A stretch of 64,000 nucleotides of DNA from Halobacteriovoraceae bacterium (GTDB lineage: Bacteria > Bdellovibrionota > Bacteriovoracia > Bacteriovoracales > Bacteriovoracaceae). The stretch is taken from NCBI GenBank assembly GCA_963719505.1, contig CAVRCF010000002.1:256001-320000 (forward strand), written 5' to 3'. The notes under the pieces are model-generated. The model was not told the DNA's origin and searched no databases. It saw only the letters and a program-made list of their open reading frames with translations. Positions 30,461 to 40,285 of the stretch are shown piece by piece; the stretch's first letter is position 1, and each line of letters opens with the position of its first letter. A program made the position numbers and the translations under genes.

Positions 30461-31504
30461 TTATCTCGCTATTCGGTGACTACCGTTGTGGATATATTCA
30501 ATTGTAACGACTGATAACATTGATATAAATTGGTTTTTAGATTCCTCAGCAGGAAATCTTAATTTTAATCCAAGCTTGTCACATCTTGCGATAATTTGTT
30601 GGAGTATCTCGTTGATGGTGTACTGATAAGCACCCGTCCAAGGTGAGACACTTTTTCTAACATCTTTTTTAATTTTTCGAATAAATGTCGACGCTTTTGT
30701 CTTGAGACAAAGCTCCGGGTTATTGGTGAAAAGTTTTAAAAGGTGAACATCGTACACATCCTGGTAATCAAGTCCGTAGTGTTTCACCTTTTGGGCAAAG
30801 TGATCTTCCAGTTTAATTTTTAACGAAGACTGTGGGTCGATCTTTCTTTTGGTGCTGATAGCAGGTTTGACTTCAATCAGCTCGCTCATAAGCTCATCCA
30901 TATAAAGGAGCTTTTGATAAGCTCCCTTCCAGTCTTTGTATTTTTTTTGCCACGCTGACCTTGGATTGAGCCATACCGCAAAAGTTTCAGCAAAGTCCTC
31001 ATCGGGGTGACTTTGAGCGTACCAACCGTTGACGTGAGTCACATACTTTTTACTAAAAGGTTTTGGTGCATACGAGTCTTCATATTTATCGGTCGACTTT
31101 CCAAAAATTTGTTGGCGTTTTCTCTTTCTTCTTAACTTGAAAGCGTTATCTATAGCGTGACCACATTCGTGACGAAGAAGTTTCATAAAGGTTGCCGGAG
31201 ATCCACCTTCGACATCAAAGAGAAATTTCTCTTGCAGTTTTGCTATTTTTTTATGGGAGAGATAAAAAGGGATCGCAATACCTGTATGTCCATCGGGAGT
31301 AAACCACTCATCTGAAAACCAAAAATAGGGTTTAAATTTATGAAGCCCTTTTGCATCGAGCTCTTCTTGAAGCTTCTCTAAATAGGGGGCAAGGCCTGTT
31401 TTTTCGACCGGGATATAGATGTCTTTTAAGCGAAGGCTTAGCAGTTCGCTACTGCTTTTCTTTGTCCAGGCCGGACTATTTTCAAGTTTCTTAAATAGAC
31501 TCAT
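30461..31504 (-). CDS. Putative zinc-binding metallopeptidase
   Basis: HECGH (HExxH) plus YAQSHPDEDFAETFAVW; stop lies 3 bp before the ATP-grasp start. Confidence 0.85.
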   Translation of the reverse strand: MSLFKKLENSPAWTKKSSSELLSLRLKDIYIPVEKTGLAPYLEKLQEELDAKGLHKFKPYFWFSDEWFTPDGHTGIAIPFYLSHKKIAKLQEKFLFDVEGGSPATFMKLLRHECGHAIDNAFKLRRKRKRQQIFGKSTDKYEDSYAPKPFSKKYVTHVNGWYAQSHPDEDFAETFAVWLNPRSAWQKKYKDWKGAYQKLLYMDELMSELIEVKPAISTKRKIDPQSSLKIKLEDHFAQKVKHYGLDYQDVYDVHLLKLFTNNPELCLKTKASTFIRKIKKDVRKSVSPWTGAYQYTINEILQQIIARCDKLGLKLRFPAEESKNQFISMLSVVTIEYIHNGSHRIAR

Positions 31505-31637
31505 AGTATTCCCCCGGCTGCGAAAGTTTATCAATTTAGTAGACCATAAATATTTAAGTCATTCAAGGAATTGGACTTTTGGGATCTTTGATTCATTAAA
31601 AAGAGCACAGATTTAAAATATTGGTTTAAACTTTATT

Positions 31638-31847
31638 ATGGATCAAAATCAATTGATGAAACTGGCCAATACAACGATGCCTTTTGGAAAACATAAAGGG
31701 GAGATTCTCATTGATCTTCCTGAAAACTATATCGTTTGGTTCTACTCTCAAGGGCTTCCAGATGGGGAAATAGGTCAGCTTCTGGGGCTTTTGTACGAGA
31801 TAAAGCTCAACGGCCTTGAGTATCTAGTGAAGCCTCTTAAGAGGTAG
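31638..31847 (+). CDS. DUF3820 family protein
   Basis: MPFGKHKG..LIDLPE.Y..WF...G.P.G...YEIKLNGL. Confidence 0.9.
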   Translation: MDQNQLMKLANTTMPFGKHKGEILIDLPENYIVWFYSQGLPDGEIGQLLGLLYEIKLNGLEYLVKPLKR

Positions 31848-31946
31848 AAGGGATTTCTTTGTTGCGCTGCTTTAGAAAATAGACTGAATGAGTGATTAGT
31901 ACTATAGTATAGTTTATTAGTTACGAAAAAGAGACGAAGGATAGAG

Positions 31947-33272
31947 ATGAAAGATTTAGCCTCAAATTATAAAAAACATATTGAAACAAAGATGGCCAAT
32001 GCCAGAATTATTATGGAGCGAGCTGGTCTTGATTCTCTAGTGATTCACTCCGGAGAGCTTAAATATTTATTTGAAGATGATATGACCTATCCCTTTAAGG
32101 CCAACCCTCTTTTTTTAGAATGGGTTCCCATTGTCGATAACCCAAATTGCTGGATTGTTATCGATAAGGCACAGAAGCCAAAACTTATCTTTTTTCAACC
32201 AGTAGATTTTTGGCATTCTGTGCCTGAGGATCCAACTGATTACTGGGTCGATTCATTTGATTTTGTAAAACTGGCCAGTAAAGATGATGTTGATGATCTT
32301 CTTCCTGGTGATAAATCAAAGTCGGTTTATTTAGGAGAGTTGACTGAGCTAGCGCAGTCTTTAGGTTTTACAAAAATCAACGACAAGAGTGTTCTCGATT
32401 TTCTCTATTTTCACAGAGCTTACAAGACAGACTATCAAATGGACTGTTTACGGGAAGCCAGTCGAATCGGAGTTCTAGGTCACCAAGCGGCGAAAAAGGC
32501 TTTTTTAAGTGGTTGTAGTGAATTTGAAATCCACCTCGAGTATCTAAGAGCTGTTGCTCAAACTCAAGAAGAGCTTCCTTACTCCCTTATTATGGGGATG
32601 AATAAAAATGCAGCCGTTCTTCATTATCATGGCTTTGATAGAAAAAAATATTCTAAAGAGAATACACATTCATTTCTAATTGATGCAGGAGCTCGTTTTA
32701 ATGGTTTTGCCTCTGATATCACAAGAACCTATGCCTTTCGTGATGGAGAGTTTAAAGACTTAATAAAGAGAATGACGACTGATCAAATTGAATTAGTAAA
32801 AGCTTTAAAGCTTGGTGAAAGTTATGCTCAAGCCCATTATAAATCTTTAGAAGCGATTGCAAAAGTGTTGATCGATTTTGATTTTGTTCGTGCCTCGCAA
32901 GAAGAATTACTAGAGAAAGATTTAGTAAAACCATTTTATCCTCACGGACTTGGTCATCATCTTGGTATTCAAGTCCATGATCTTGGATCAAATCTTCAGG
33001 ACGATAATGGAGTAAATGCTCCCAAGTCTGAAAAGTACCCCACTTTAAGGGCCACAAGAGTTCTCGAGCCTAGAATGGTGCACACAGTTGAGCCAGGACT
33101 TTATTTTATCGATAGTCTCCTTGATGAAGTCAAAAATAGTGATAACTCAAAGCTCTTTAATTGGTCTCGCATAGAAGAATTTAAAAAGTACGGCGGCATA
33201 AGAATTGAGGACGATGTTATTCTTCATTCTGACCGAATTGAGAATATGACAAGAGATCTTGGACTAGAGTAA
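31947..33272 (+). CDS. pepQ: Xaa-Pro dipeptidase (prolidase)
   Basis: LIDAGA, SDITRT, HGLGH, TVEPGLYF and GGIRIED motifs; gammaproteobacterial-style N-domain. Confidence 0.93.
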   Translation: MKDLASNYKKHIETKMANARIIMERAGLDSLVIHSGELKYLFEDDMTYPFKANPLFLEWVPIVDNPNCWIVIDKAQKPKLIFFQPVDFWHSVPEDPTDYWVDSFDFVKLASKDDVDDLLPGDKSKSVYLGELTELAQSLGFTKINDKSVLDFLYFHRAYKTDYQMDCLREASRIGVLGHQAAKKAFLSGCSEFEIHLEYLRAVAQTQEELPYSLIMGMNKNAAVLHYHGFDRKKYSKENTHSFLIDAGARFNGFASDITRTYAFRDGEFKDLIKRMTTDQIELVKALKLGESYAQAHYKSLEAIAKVLIDFDFVRASQEELLEKDLVKPFYPHGLGHHLGIQVHDLGSNLQDDNGVNAPKSEKYPTLRATRVLEPRMVHTVEPGLYFIDSLLDEVKNSDNSKLFNWSRIEEFKKYGGIRIEDDVILHSDRIENMTRDLGLE

Positions 33273-33323
33273 AGGGCCACGATTACTTTTTAAATTTTCA
33301 ATCACTAGTCAAAAGGCTCATCT

Positions 33324-35057
33324 GTGTCGATTAAACAATTCTCAAAGCTTTTTAAACTCAGTAGACAAGAGTGGCCTCTTTTAATAAAAGGACTCATCTT
33401 TTTAGCGATTAGTAGCGCGGCTCTTCTTTTTTATCCATCGACGATTAAAAATATTATCGATCAAGCACTATCTGATAAAAACCAGACTCAGTTAAATCAT
33501 CTGGCCATTTTAGTTCTTGGTATCTTTATTATTCAATCAATTAGTTCCGCTCTCAGATACTACTTCTTCACCCTCGCTGGAGAAAAAACGGTGAAGAGAC
33601 TTAGAGGGACTTTATTTGGTCAAATCTTAGATCAAGAGATGCCTTTTTTTGACAGACAAAAAACAGGGGAATTAATCGGTCGTCTCTCAAGTGATACAGC
33701 AGTTATTCAAAATGCATTGAGCGTAAATATTTCTATGCTGGTGAGAAGTTTCGTTCAAGCCATTGGGGCGCTTGGGATGCTTTTTGTTACCTCAAGTAAG
33801 CTTGCAGCTTTTATTCTTCTTTTGGTTCCACCGATGGCTTTTATAGCTGCTCGCTTTGGAAAAAAAGTAAAGGCCATATCCAAAAAGACTCAAGACCGCC
33901 TGGCCCAATCAACAGCCGTGGCAGAAGAGGGAATTTCTGGAATAAGAACAGTTAAGGCTTTTGCACAAGAAGACTTTGAAAAAAGTCGCTATGAAAGTAA
34001 ACTTGAAGATTCTTTTCTTTTGTCAAAATCAAGAATCGTTGAAGTCGCAAAATTTAGTAATCTCGTCACTCTTTTGGGAATGACAGTTGTGGTTTTTATT
34101 ATTTGGTATGGTGGAACACTCGTTTTAAAAGGTGAACTCAGTGTCGGGACGCTCACTTCGTTTATCCTTTATGTGATGACTTTGTCGATGTCTGTTGGGA
34201 TGCTTGGGAGTTTGTGGACGGATTTTATGGCCGCACTTGGGGCCAGTAGTCGAATATTCGAGCTTCTTGAACTTCCTGTAAGCCCTATCATTAATAAAGA
34301 TGGTCTTGATGTCATAAATGAAGGGAATATTGAATTTAAAGATGTCTTTTTTTCTTATCCAGGAAGAGCGGATATCTCGGTTTTAAAAGGCGTGAGTTTT
34401 TCGGTGAAGGCAAATGAGACGGTAGCAATTGTGGGATCTTCCGGCGGAGGAAAATCTACTATAGCACAGTTAATGATGAATTTTTATGAACTCAGCAGTG
34501 GAGAGATAACTATTGATCACCATCCTATAAAGAACTATAAAACCAAAGCTCTTAGGGAATCTGTTGGTCTGGTTTCTCAAGAGCCGATTCTTATTTCCGA
34601 GTCCATTTACGATAATATCTGCTATTCAAATCCCAAGGCTTCAGAGCAGGAAGTTGAATCAGCTGCCAAGCTGGCTTTTGCCCATGACTTTATCGTAAAC
34701 TTCCCAGAAGGTTATAAGACCTTAGTAGGTGAGAAGGGAATTCAACTCTCTGGTGGGCAAAAACAAAGAATTGCTATTGCTAGGGCCATTTTAAAAGACC
34801 CTAAACTTCTTATTCTCGATGAAGCCACCAGTGCCCTGGATGCTGAAAGTGAATCGATTGTGCAAAAAGCACTGGATAATATTATGAGTCATCGCTCAAC
34901 GGTCGTGATCGCCCATAGGCTCTCAACTGTTAAAAAAGCCCATCGAATCCTTGTTTTAGATCGGGGAGTTATCTCACAAGAAGGCACTCACGAAGAACTC
35001 TTACAAAGTCCTAATGGGTTTTATAAAAAATTAATTGAACATCAGTTTGAAAAATAA
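33324..35057 (+). CDS. ABC exporter, fused TMD and NBD (ABCB/MdlB-like)
   Basis: GSSGGGKS, LSGGQKQR, LDEATSALD and IAHRL motifs; six TM helices. Confidence 0.93.
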   Translation: MSIKQFSKLFKLSRQEWPLLIKGLIFLAISSAALLFYPSTIKNIIDQALSDKNQTQLNHLAILVLGIFIIQSISSALRYYFFTLAGEKTVKRLRGTLFGQILDQEMPFFDRQKTGELIGRLSSDTAVIQNALSVNISMLVRSFVQAIGALGMLFVTSSKLAAFILLLVPPMAFIAARFGKKVKAISKKTQDRLAQSTAVAEEGISGIRTVKAFAQEDFEKSRYESKLEDSFLLSKSRIVEVAKFSNLVTLLGMTVVVFIIWYGGTLVLKGELSVGTLTSFILYVMTLSMSVGMLGSLWTDFMAALGASSRIFELLELPVSPIINKDGLDVINEGNIEFKDVFFSYPGRADISVLKGVSFSVKANETVAIVGSSGGGKSTIAQLMMNFYELSSGEITIDHHPIKNYKTKALRESVGLVSQEPILISESIYDNICYSNPKASEQEVESAAKLAFAHDFIVNFPEGYKTLVGEKGIQLSGGQKQRIAIARAILKDPKLLILDEATSALDAESESIVQKALDNIMSHRSTVVIAHRLSTVKKAHRILVLDRGVISQEGTHEELLQSPNGFYKKLIEHQFEK

Positions 35058-35067
35058 GGACTACAAA

Positions 35068-35409
35068 ATGCAAAGAAAAGTTTTAGAACATGAAAGTATG
35101 AGTCAGCCGGCTCTTGATAAAATCTACTCTTTTCATTCCGATGTGGTGGAACAAGTTATAGAAGCCGTATTACAGCACAAAGTTGTGGTCGTTGGTATGA
35201 GTGTTAACCCGGTAGTAAAGAAGGCCAAAAACCTTCTCCATCAAAAGGGGATGGAATATAAATATCTTGAGTACGGAAGTTATCTTGTGGGGTGGCATAA
35301 GAGGCTAGCGATAAAATTGTGGTCGGGATGGCCAACTTATCCGCAAATTTTTATAGATGGAAAGCTTATTGGTGGATTTACGGAATTAAAAGACAAGCTC
35401 TCTGAGTAA
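35068..35409 (+). CDS. Glutaredoxin-like protein without Cys
   Basis: SGWPTYPQIFIDGKLIGG motif; AAGGA RBS before ATG 35068. Confidence 0.8.
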   Translation: MQRKVLEHESMSQPALDKIYSFHSDVVEQVIEAVLQHKVVVVGMSVNPVVKKAKNLLHQKGMEYKYLEYGSYLVGWHKRLAIKLWSGWPTYPQIFIDGKLIGGFTELKDKLSE

Positions 35410-35414
35410 GAGCT

Positions 35415-35876
35415 TTATCTTTTGACGACTTTCACACCTCGGGCCAAAAAGCTGTATTCAAAAGTAGAACTTGTTACAGCTTCTATCTGGGCTTTTGAGG
35501 CGCCTGCATCCTCAAGGTAGTGGCGAGTATCAGCAATAGAGACTTCTTTACGAGAGATCTCTCCATCTAGCCACACCGTTTTTCCAATAAGGCTTAGGGG
35601 AACAAAAAACTTATAGTCTTTAAACTTTACCCTTAAATCACCCTTGGCTCCTTTGAGTATCATCCAGCATCCTTTGGATGTGCAGACTTTATCGACTTGA
35701 GCTTCCATAACGAGATTTTTATTTTTGTATTTTGAAAATTCTGCAACGACTGACTCAACCTCAATCGCCTTTGGTGCAGTTATCTTCTCGCCGTAAAAAG
35801 GTTTCTCACTCACTGTGTTTTTGGCCACAGCATTAAACGACAAAAGGATTAGAAAAAGGTATTTCATTGTTTTCAT
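35415..35876 (-). CDS. DUF4920-like periplasmic protein
   Basis: VCTSKGCWM and VKFKDYKFFVP motifs; signal peptide. Confidence 0.8.
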   Translation of the reverse strand: MKTMKYLFLILLSFNAVAKNTVSEKPFYGEKITAPKAIEVESVVAEFSKYKNKNLVMEAQVDKVCTSKGCWMILKGAKGDLRVKFKDYKFFVPLSLIGKTVWLDGEISRKEVSIADTRHYLEDAGASKAQIEAVTSSTFEYSFLARGVKVVKR

Positions 35877-35886
35877 TCTTTTTTTC

Positions 35887-36354
35887 CTACATTTGAGATT
35901 GGTAATAGTTTTGCTCACCAACTTTTTCAATAAGACCAAGCTGGATTTCAATCCACTTGATGTGATCTTCTTCAGTATCTTTTAAAAGAGTGAGAAGAAT
36001 ATTTCTTGTTTCATAATCTTTTTCTGTTTCACATAAACTTATGAGGTCTTTGAGCTGGGCACAGTTTTCAAGTTCATACTTTAAAGACTGCTCAAGCATC
36101 CCTTTGACACTCATGTCGACTTTGAATCCCTCTCTTGAAGCAACATCAGGTTGTCCTTCTAGAAATAAAATTCTTTTAATAACCATATCGGCATGCAGGC
36201 CTTCGTGATCTTTTTCACCATTAATATGAGCATATAGTTTTGTTAAACCCCAGTCTTCATAAATACGAGAATGTAAAAAGTAGATATCCACTGATGTTAA
36301 TTCTTTGGTGAGAAGCTTATTTAAACCATCAATTATTTTTTTATTTCCCTGCAT
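35887..36354 (-). CDS. bfr: Bacterioferritin-family iron storage protein (BfrA/FtnA-like)
   Basis: E18, E51, H54, RILFLEG and DTEEDH; Gly at the heme-ligand Met52 position. Confidence 0.9.
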   Translation of the reverse strand: MQGNKKIIDGLNKLLTKELTSVDIYFLHSRIYEDWGLTKLYAHINGEKDHEGLHADMVIKRILFLEGQPDVASREGFKVDMSVKGMLEQSLKYELENCAQLKDLISLCETEKDYETRNILLTLLKDTEEDHIKWIEIQLGLIEKVGEQNYYQSQM

Positions 36355-36399
36355 TTTGAATCCTTTCTTTTAAGTTTAACATTTTTATTTCAGATGGCA

Positions 36400-39300
36400 T
36401 TAAGCTTTTCGATAACTTTGTATCTTTCTAAGGTATGTCTGCGGTGCATTTAAATAGTAAGCACCTGAATAGACGAGCCACTCATAGATTTTTGTTGGCG
36501 CGATATCAGGTTTTTTATCAATGACATCATAGGCAAAACAATGAAACTTTTGACCATTGTCGTCATAGGCGTCAATTTCAATTCTCTGGTAACCATTGTC
36601 ATCGCACTCAATTTTATCTAAAAAGGCGAGGTCATAGTCGTCGATACTGATCACAAGGCCATAGACTTCATGGCCAGAAGCTTCATACATATCGGCCACG
36701 CCACCGCCTCGGATATCAGAATAGCGAGTATAGCGAATTTCTTTATCGAGCACTTTTGCCTTACAGATAAGTTCTGAACTTGGACAACGATTTTTTATTT
36801 GTGAAAGATCCATGTTTGAGCCAAAACCAAAAACAAGATTTTTTAAAATGGGTTTACTCTTTGCATATCCGCCGCCTCCAGGAGTGCTAATGAAGATAGC
36901 TTCATCCGTCAAAAAGTCCCTTTGAAAACTCTCTGGAAGTTCAATAAGTTTTCCCGCCTCTTCAATTTGATTAAGCCCTCTTTTTGCCATGCCTCCGCCT
37001 TTTATTCCATGAGGAGGAATTTCTCTGGCCTGAGTCAGCATGCTCACTTGCATAGGTTCTAAAAATCGTAGACGTCTGTATATTCCATCGCCACCGTTAA
37101 ATTGTCCTGCACCACCACTTCCATGTCTAATCGCCATCAGCTCCAGTCTAACCGGATAGCGCATCTCTAAAACTTCAGGGTCTGTTAATAGGGAGTTGGT
37201 CATATTGACTTGAACAGCTGAGGCACCATGATTTGTTTGAGAGGCCCCACTTCCTCCGCCAATCGTTTCATAGTACTGATGGTTATCATTTCCAAAAGTT
37301 AAATTATTCATTGTCCCCTGACAGTGGGCTTTTATGTCGAGGACTTCAAAAATGACGTCACATAGGGCTTGAGATGTTTCTACATTCCCCGCCACGATGG
37401 CGCTATCAAGACTGGGGGACAGCAGGCTATCTTTAGGAATAAGAAGCTCCACGGCCTGCATGATTCCATTATTGAGGGGAATATTCTCATTGATCAAGCA
37501 GCGCAGACAAAAAAGTAATGTGGCTTTAACAACCGGTATAGGAGCATTAAAATTATTATCTTGAATAGGAGAGGTCCCATTGAAATCAAAGATAAACTTA
37601 TCCTGTGACTTTTTAATCTCTAAAGTAATTTGTCTTTGGTCGGTGATATGTTTAGTAATTTTTTTGGGTTTAATATCTTTTAGCGCCAATTGAATTTTTT
37701 TAAAAGAGTAGGACAGAATCTCGTTAGACATTGTGTCGAGATAATCACTGCCATAGAGTTTCGCGAGATCTTTAATCTCTTGTGCCCCTTTTAAATTAGC
37801 AGAGAGCTTGGCCTGTATATCGTGCTTATTGAGTTGGTAGTTTCTAACGGGGTACTCAACTTGCGTGAGAATACTTTTTAATTTTTCTTTGTTTAGTTTT
37901 CCAAAATCAGAAATCAAAGTTGGGGCAATCACCACGCCCTCTTCGGAGAGTTTTTTGCTATCTCCTGGCATTGAGCCCGGAGTGGTTCCGCCAATATCAG
38001 CGTGATGTCCTCTTGAAGCCACCCACATAATGAGTTTATTGTTTTCAAAAATAGGGGTTATAATTGTAATATCTGGTAGGTGAGTTCCTCCATAATGGGG
38101 AGAGTTTGTAATAAAACTATCACCTTCTTTGAAAGAGAAATCTTTTATCAGTGACTTTACAGCATCTCCCATGGATCCCAAATGAACAGGGATATGAGGA
38201 GCATTGGCCACAAGTTCTCCCCCAGCAGTGAAAAGAGCGCAAGAGAAGTCCGCCCTCTCTTTTATATTAACGGAACGTGCGAGCTTTTGAAGACTTTGTC
38301 CCATCTGCTCTGCGATAAATTGAAAGCGCTGATAAAAAATTTCAAGCTCAACGGCTTTATCTCTTTTTTGCGCTTTATTTTTTGTTTCAATATTTTGTAT
38401 TTTCCATGAACCGTCACTAAAGTTTTTCGCCTGCCAGCCGCGCTCCACAATAATGGAGGTGTTATTTTCGGCCAAGGAATGAAAACCATTTATTTCCTTT
38501 TCAGGATTGGATGGAAGATTTACAGGTTGAGTTACAGACTTTAAAATCCTGACACTAATTGTTTCGCACTCAACCTGTGTTGGCGCTTCAAGTCCGAAAG
38601 TTCTCTCATATTCTTTTTGAAAAAGAGTTTTTGCAGACTCTAAGTTTTCAGCTTTTATGGGGATTTCGTGATCACTTCCAATGGATTTAAGCATGAAAAT
38701 ATTTTCAAAACTAAATTCAGAAAAAGCAAAGGCGCCCTTCGCTCTCTCTCGAAGGACTTTATGTCCCACCTCAAGCTTATCGCTAAAGACCATTGCATGA
38801 TCGGCCACGCCGATGCCATAAGCTGATAAAACGGCGCTGAAGGGGTGAGTGAAGACTTCTTTTATACTGAGGCTTTCAGCAACTTTTATCGCAAGTTGCC
38901 CACCGGCTCCACCAAAACTGACCAGACAGAAATCTTGGGGATCAAAGCCCGACTCAATAGAGACTTTCCTAATCGCGCGAGACATGGTCTCCACAGCAAC
39001 ATCTAAAAATCCCTGGGCAATATCTTTGGGATCCATTTGGGTGGTTAAAGAAAGCTCTTGGAATTTTTCTTCAACGATTTTTATATCTAATCCTTGATCT
39101 CTTTTTGGTCCAAAGACTTTTGGAAACTTTTCTGGATCAAGACGCTTTAAAAAAAGATTGGCATCAGTGACAGTAAGGGGACCACCATTTCTGTAACAAG
39201 CAGGTCCTGGGTAGGCACCGGCTGAATCAGGTCCCACGATAAAGCGTCCATGATCAATGGATAAAACGGATCCACCACCAGCGGCAACCGTATGAATGTC

Positions 39301-40233
39301 GGCCATCGGGGTGAGAAGTTTATGGCCGTAAAAATTTGGTTCAGAATTAATTTTTAAATCCCCATGATAGAGGGCCACATCAGTTGAGGTACCACCCATA
39401 TCAAAAGTGATAATTTTATCTATTCCCTTATCTTTTGCCGCTTTGATAGCGCCAATTAATCCTCCAGCAGGACCAGACAAAAGAGCGCTGTAGCCTTTTA
39501 AGTCTTCACCTCGACAAAGACTTCCATCCGATTGCATATAGTAGATATTTTCAATTCCTAAAAGGTTAGATAGCTCACTGGTGTATTGCTGTAAAAAGGG
39601 AGTGAGATAACTATCGATCACGGTGGTCTCGGTGCGACTAATATATTTTGCTTTAGGACTAACCTCACAGGAGACACTGACAAAATCAAATCCCATCTCA
39701 GTGGCCAATTCTTTTAGCGCCATTTCATGTTGAGGATTTACTGTTGAGTGCATCAAAGAGATGGCCAGTGATTTTATCCCAAGGTCAAGAATTCTTTGAA
39801 ACTCAAAACGAGCGATATCTAAATCTAGAGGAATAAGCACTTTACCATTAGCATCCATTCTTCCTTGAATATGTGTGACTTCTTTATAGAGAGGTTTTTT
39901 CTTTTTTATATCAATAGCAAAAAGATCATCTCTATTTTGTTGTTTAATCTCTAAAACATCTCGGTGACCTAAAGTGGTGACAAGCGCACAGTCGATCCCT
40001 TTTTTTTCTAAGAAGGCATTTGTTGCGATAGTCGTTCCAAGTCTGAGCTCTTTGATACTGTCTTTGAAGTTATTGTGTCCAAGGATATCTTCAATGCCCT
40101 GAGCGACGACTGATTTGTAGTGGGGGGATTTTGACAGGAGCTTATGCACCTTGTGCGCTCCAGCATTGTTTACCGCAATAATATCGGTGAAGGTTCCTCC
40201 GCAGTCAATCCAGAATGTCCATTGATCTTTCAT
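36400..40233 (-). CDS. oplA: ATP-dependent 5-oxoprolinase (hydantoinase A+B) fused to a C-terminal gamma-glutamylcyclotransferase domain
   Basis: DCGGTFTD, SGPAGG, DMGGTSTD, HIPVHLGSM, GGTHLPD and TPGGGGY, then FGFGSNM...RCP...GGGVAD...LDKIE. Confidence 0.9.
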   Translation of the reverse strand: MKDQWTFWIDCGGTFTDIIAVNNAGAHKVHKLLSKSPHYKSVVAQGIEDILGHNNFKDSIKELRLGTTIATNAFLEKKGIDCALVTTLGHRDVLEIKQQNRDDLFAIDIKKKKPLYKEVTHIQGRMDANGKVLIPLDLDIARFEFQRILDLGIKSLAISLMHSTVNPQHEMALKELATEMGFDFVSVSCEVSPKAKYISRTETTVIDSYLTPFLQQYTSELSNLLGIENIYYMQSDGSLCRGEDLKGYSALLSGPAGGLIGAIKAAKDKGIDKIITFDMGGTSTDVALYHGDLKINSEPNFYGHKLLTPMADIHTVAAGGGSVLSIDHGRFIVGPDSAGAYPGPACYRNGGPLTVTDANLFLKRLDPEKFPKVFGPKRDQGLDIKIVEEKFQELSLTTQMDPKDIAQGFLDVAVETMSRAIRKVSIESGFDPQDFCLVSFGGAGGQLAIKVAESLSIKEVFTHPFSAVLSAYGIGVADHAMVFSDKLEVGHKVLRERAKGAFAFSEFSFENIFMLKSIGSDHEIPIKAENLESAKTLFQKEYERTFGLEAPTQVECETISVRILKSVTQPVNLPSNPEKEINGFHSLAENNTSIIVERGWQAKNFSDGSWKIQNIETKNKAQKRDKAVELEIFYQRFQFIAEQMGQSLQKLARSVNIKERADFSCALFTAGGELVANAPHIPVHLGSMGDAVKSLIKDFSFKEGDSFITNSPHYGGTHLPDITIITPIFENNKLIMWVASRGHHADIGGTTPGSMPGDSKKLSEEGVVIAPTLISDFGKLNKEKLKSILTQVEYPVRNYQLNKHDIQAKLSANLKGAQEIKDLAKLYGSDYLDTMSNEILSYSFKKIQLALKDIKPKKITKHITDQRQITLEIKKSQDKFIFDFNGTSPIQDNNFNAPIPVVKATLLFCLRCLINENIPLNNGIMQAVELLIPKDSLLSPSLDSAIVAGNVETSQALCDVIFEVLDIKAHCQGTMNNLTFGNDNHQYYETIGGGSGASQTNHGASAVQVNMTNSLLTDPEVLEMRYPVRLELMAIRHGSGGAGQFNGGDGIYRRLRFLEPMQVSMLTQAREIPPHGIKGGGMAKRGLNQIEEAGKLIELPESFQRDFLTDEAIFISTPGGGGYAKSKPILKNLVFGFGSNMDLSQIKNRCPSSELICKAKVLDKEIRYTRYSDIRGGGVADMYEASGHEVYGLVISIDDYDLAFLDKIECDDNGYQRIEIDAYDDNGQKFHCFAYDVIDKKPDIAPTKIYEWLVYSGAYYLNAPQTYLRKIQSYRKA

Positions 40234-40285
40234 GCAACTATCTTAAGGCCCAAAAGAGGGATTGTCTAAAATTTGGGGGGCTCTT

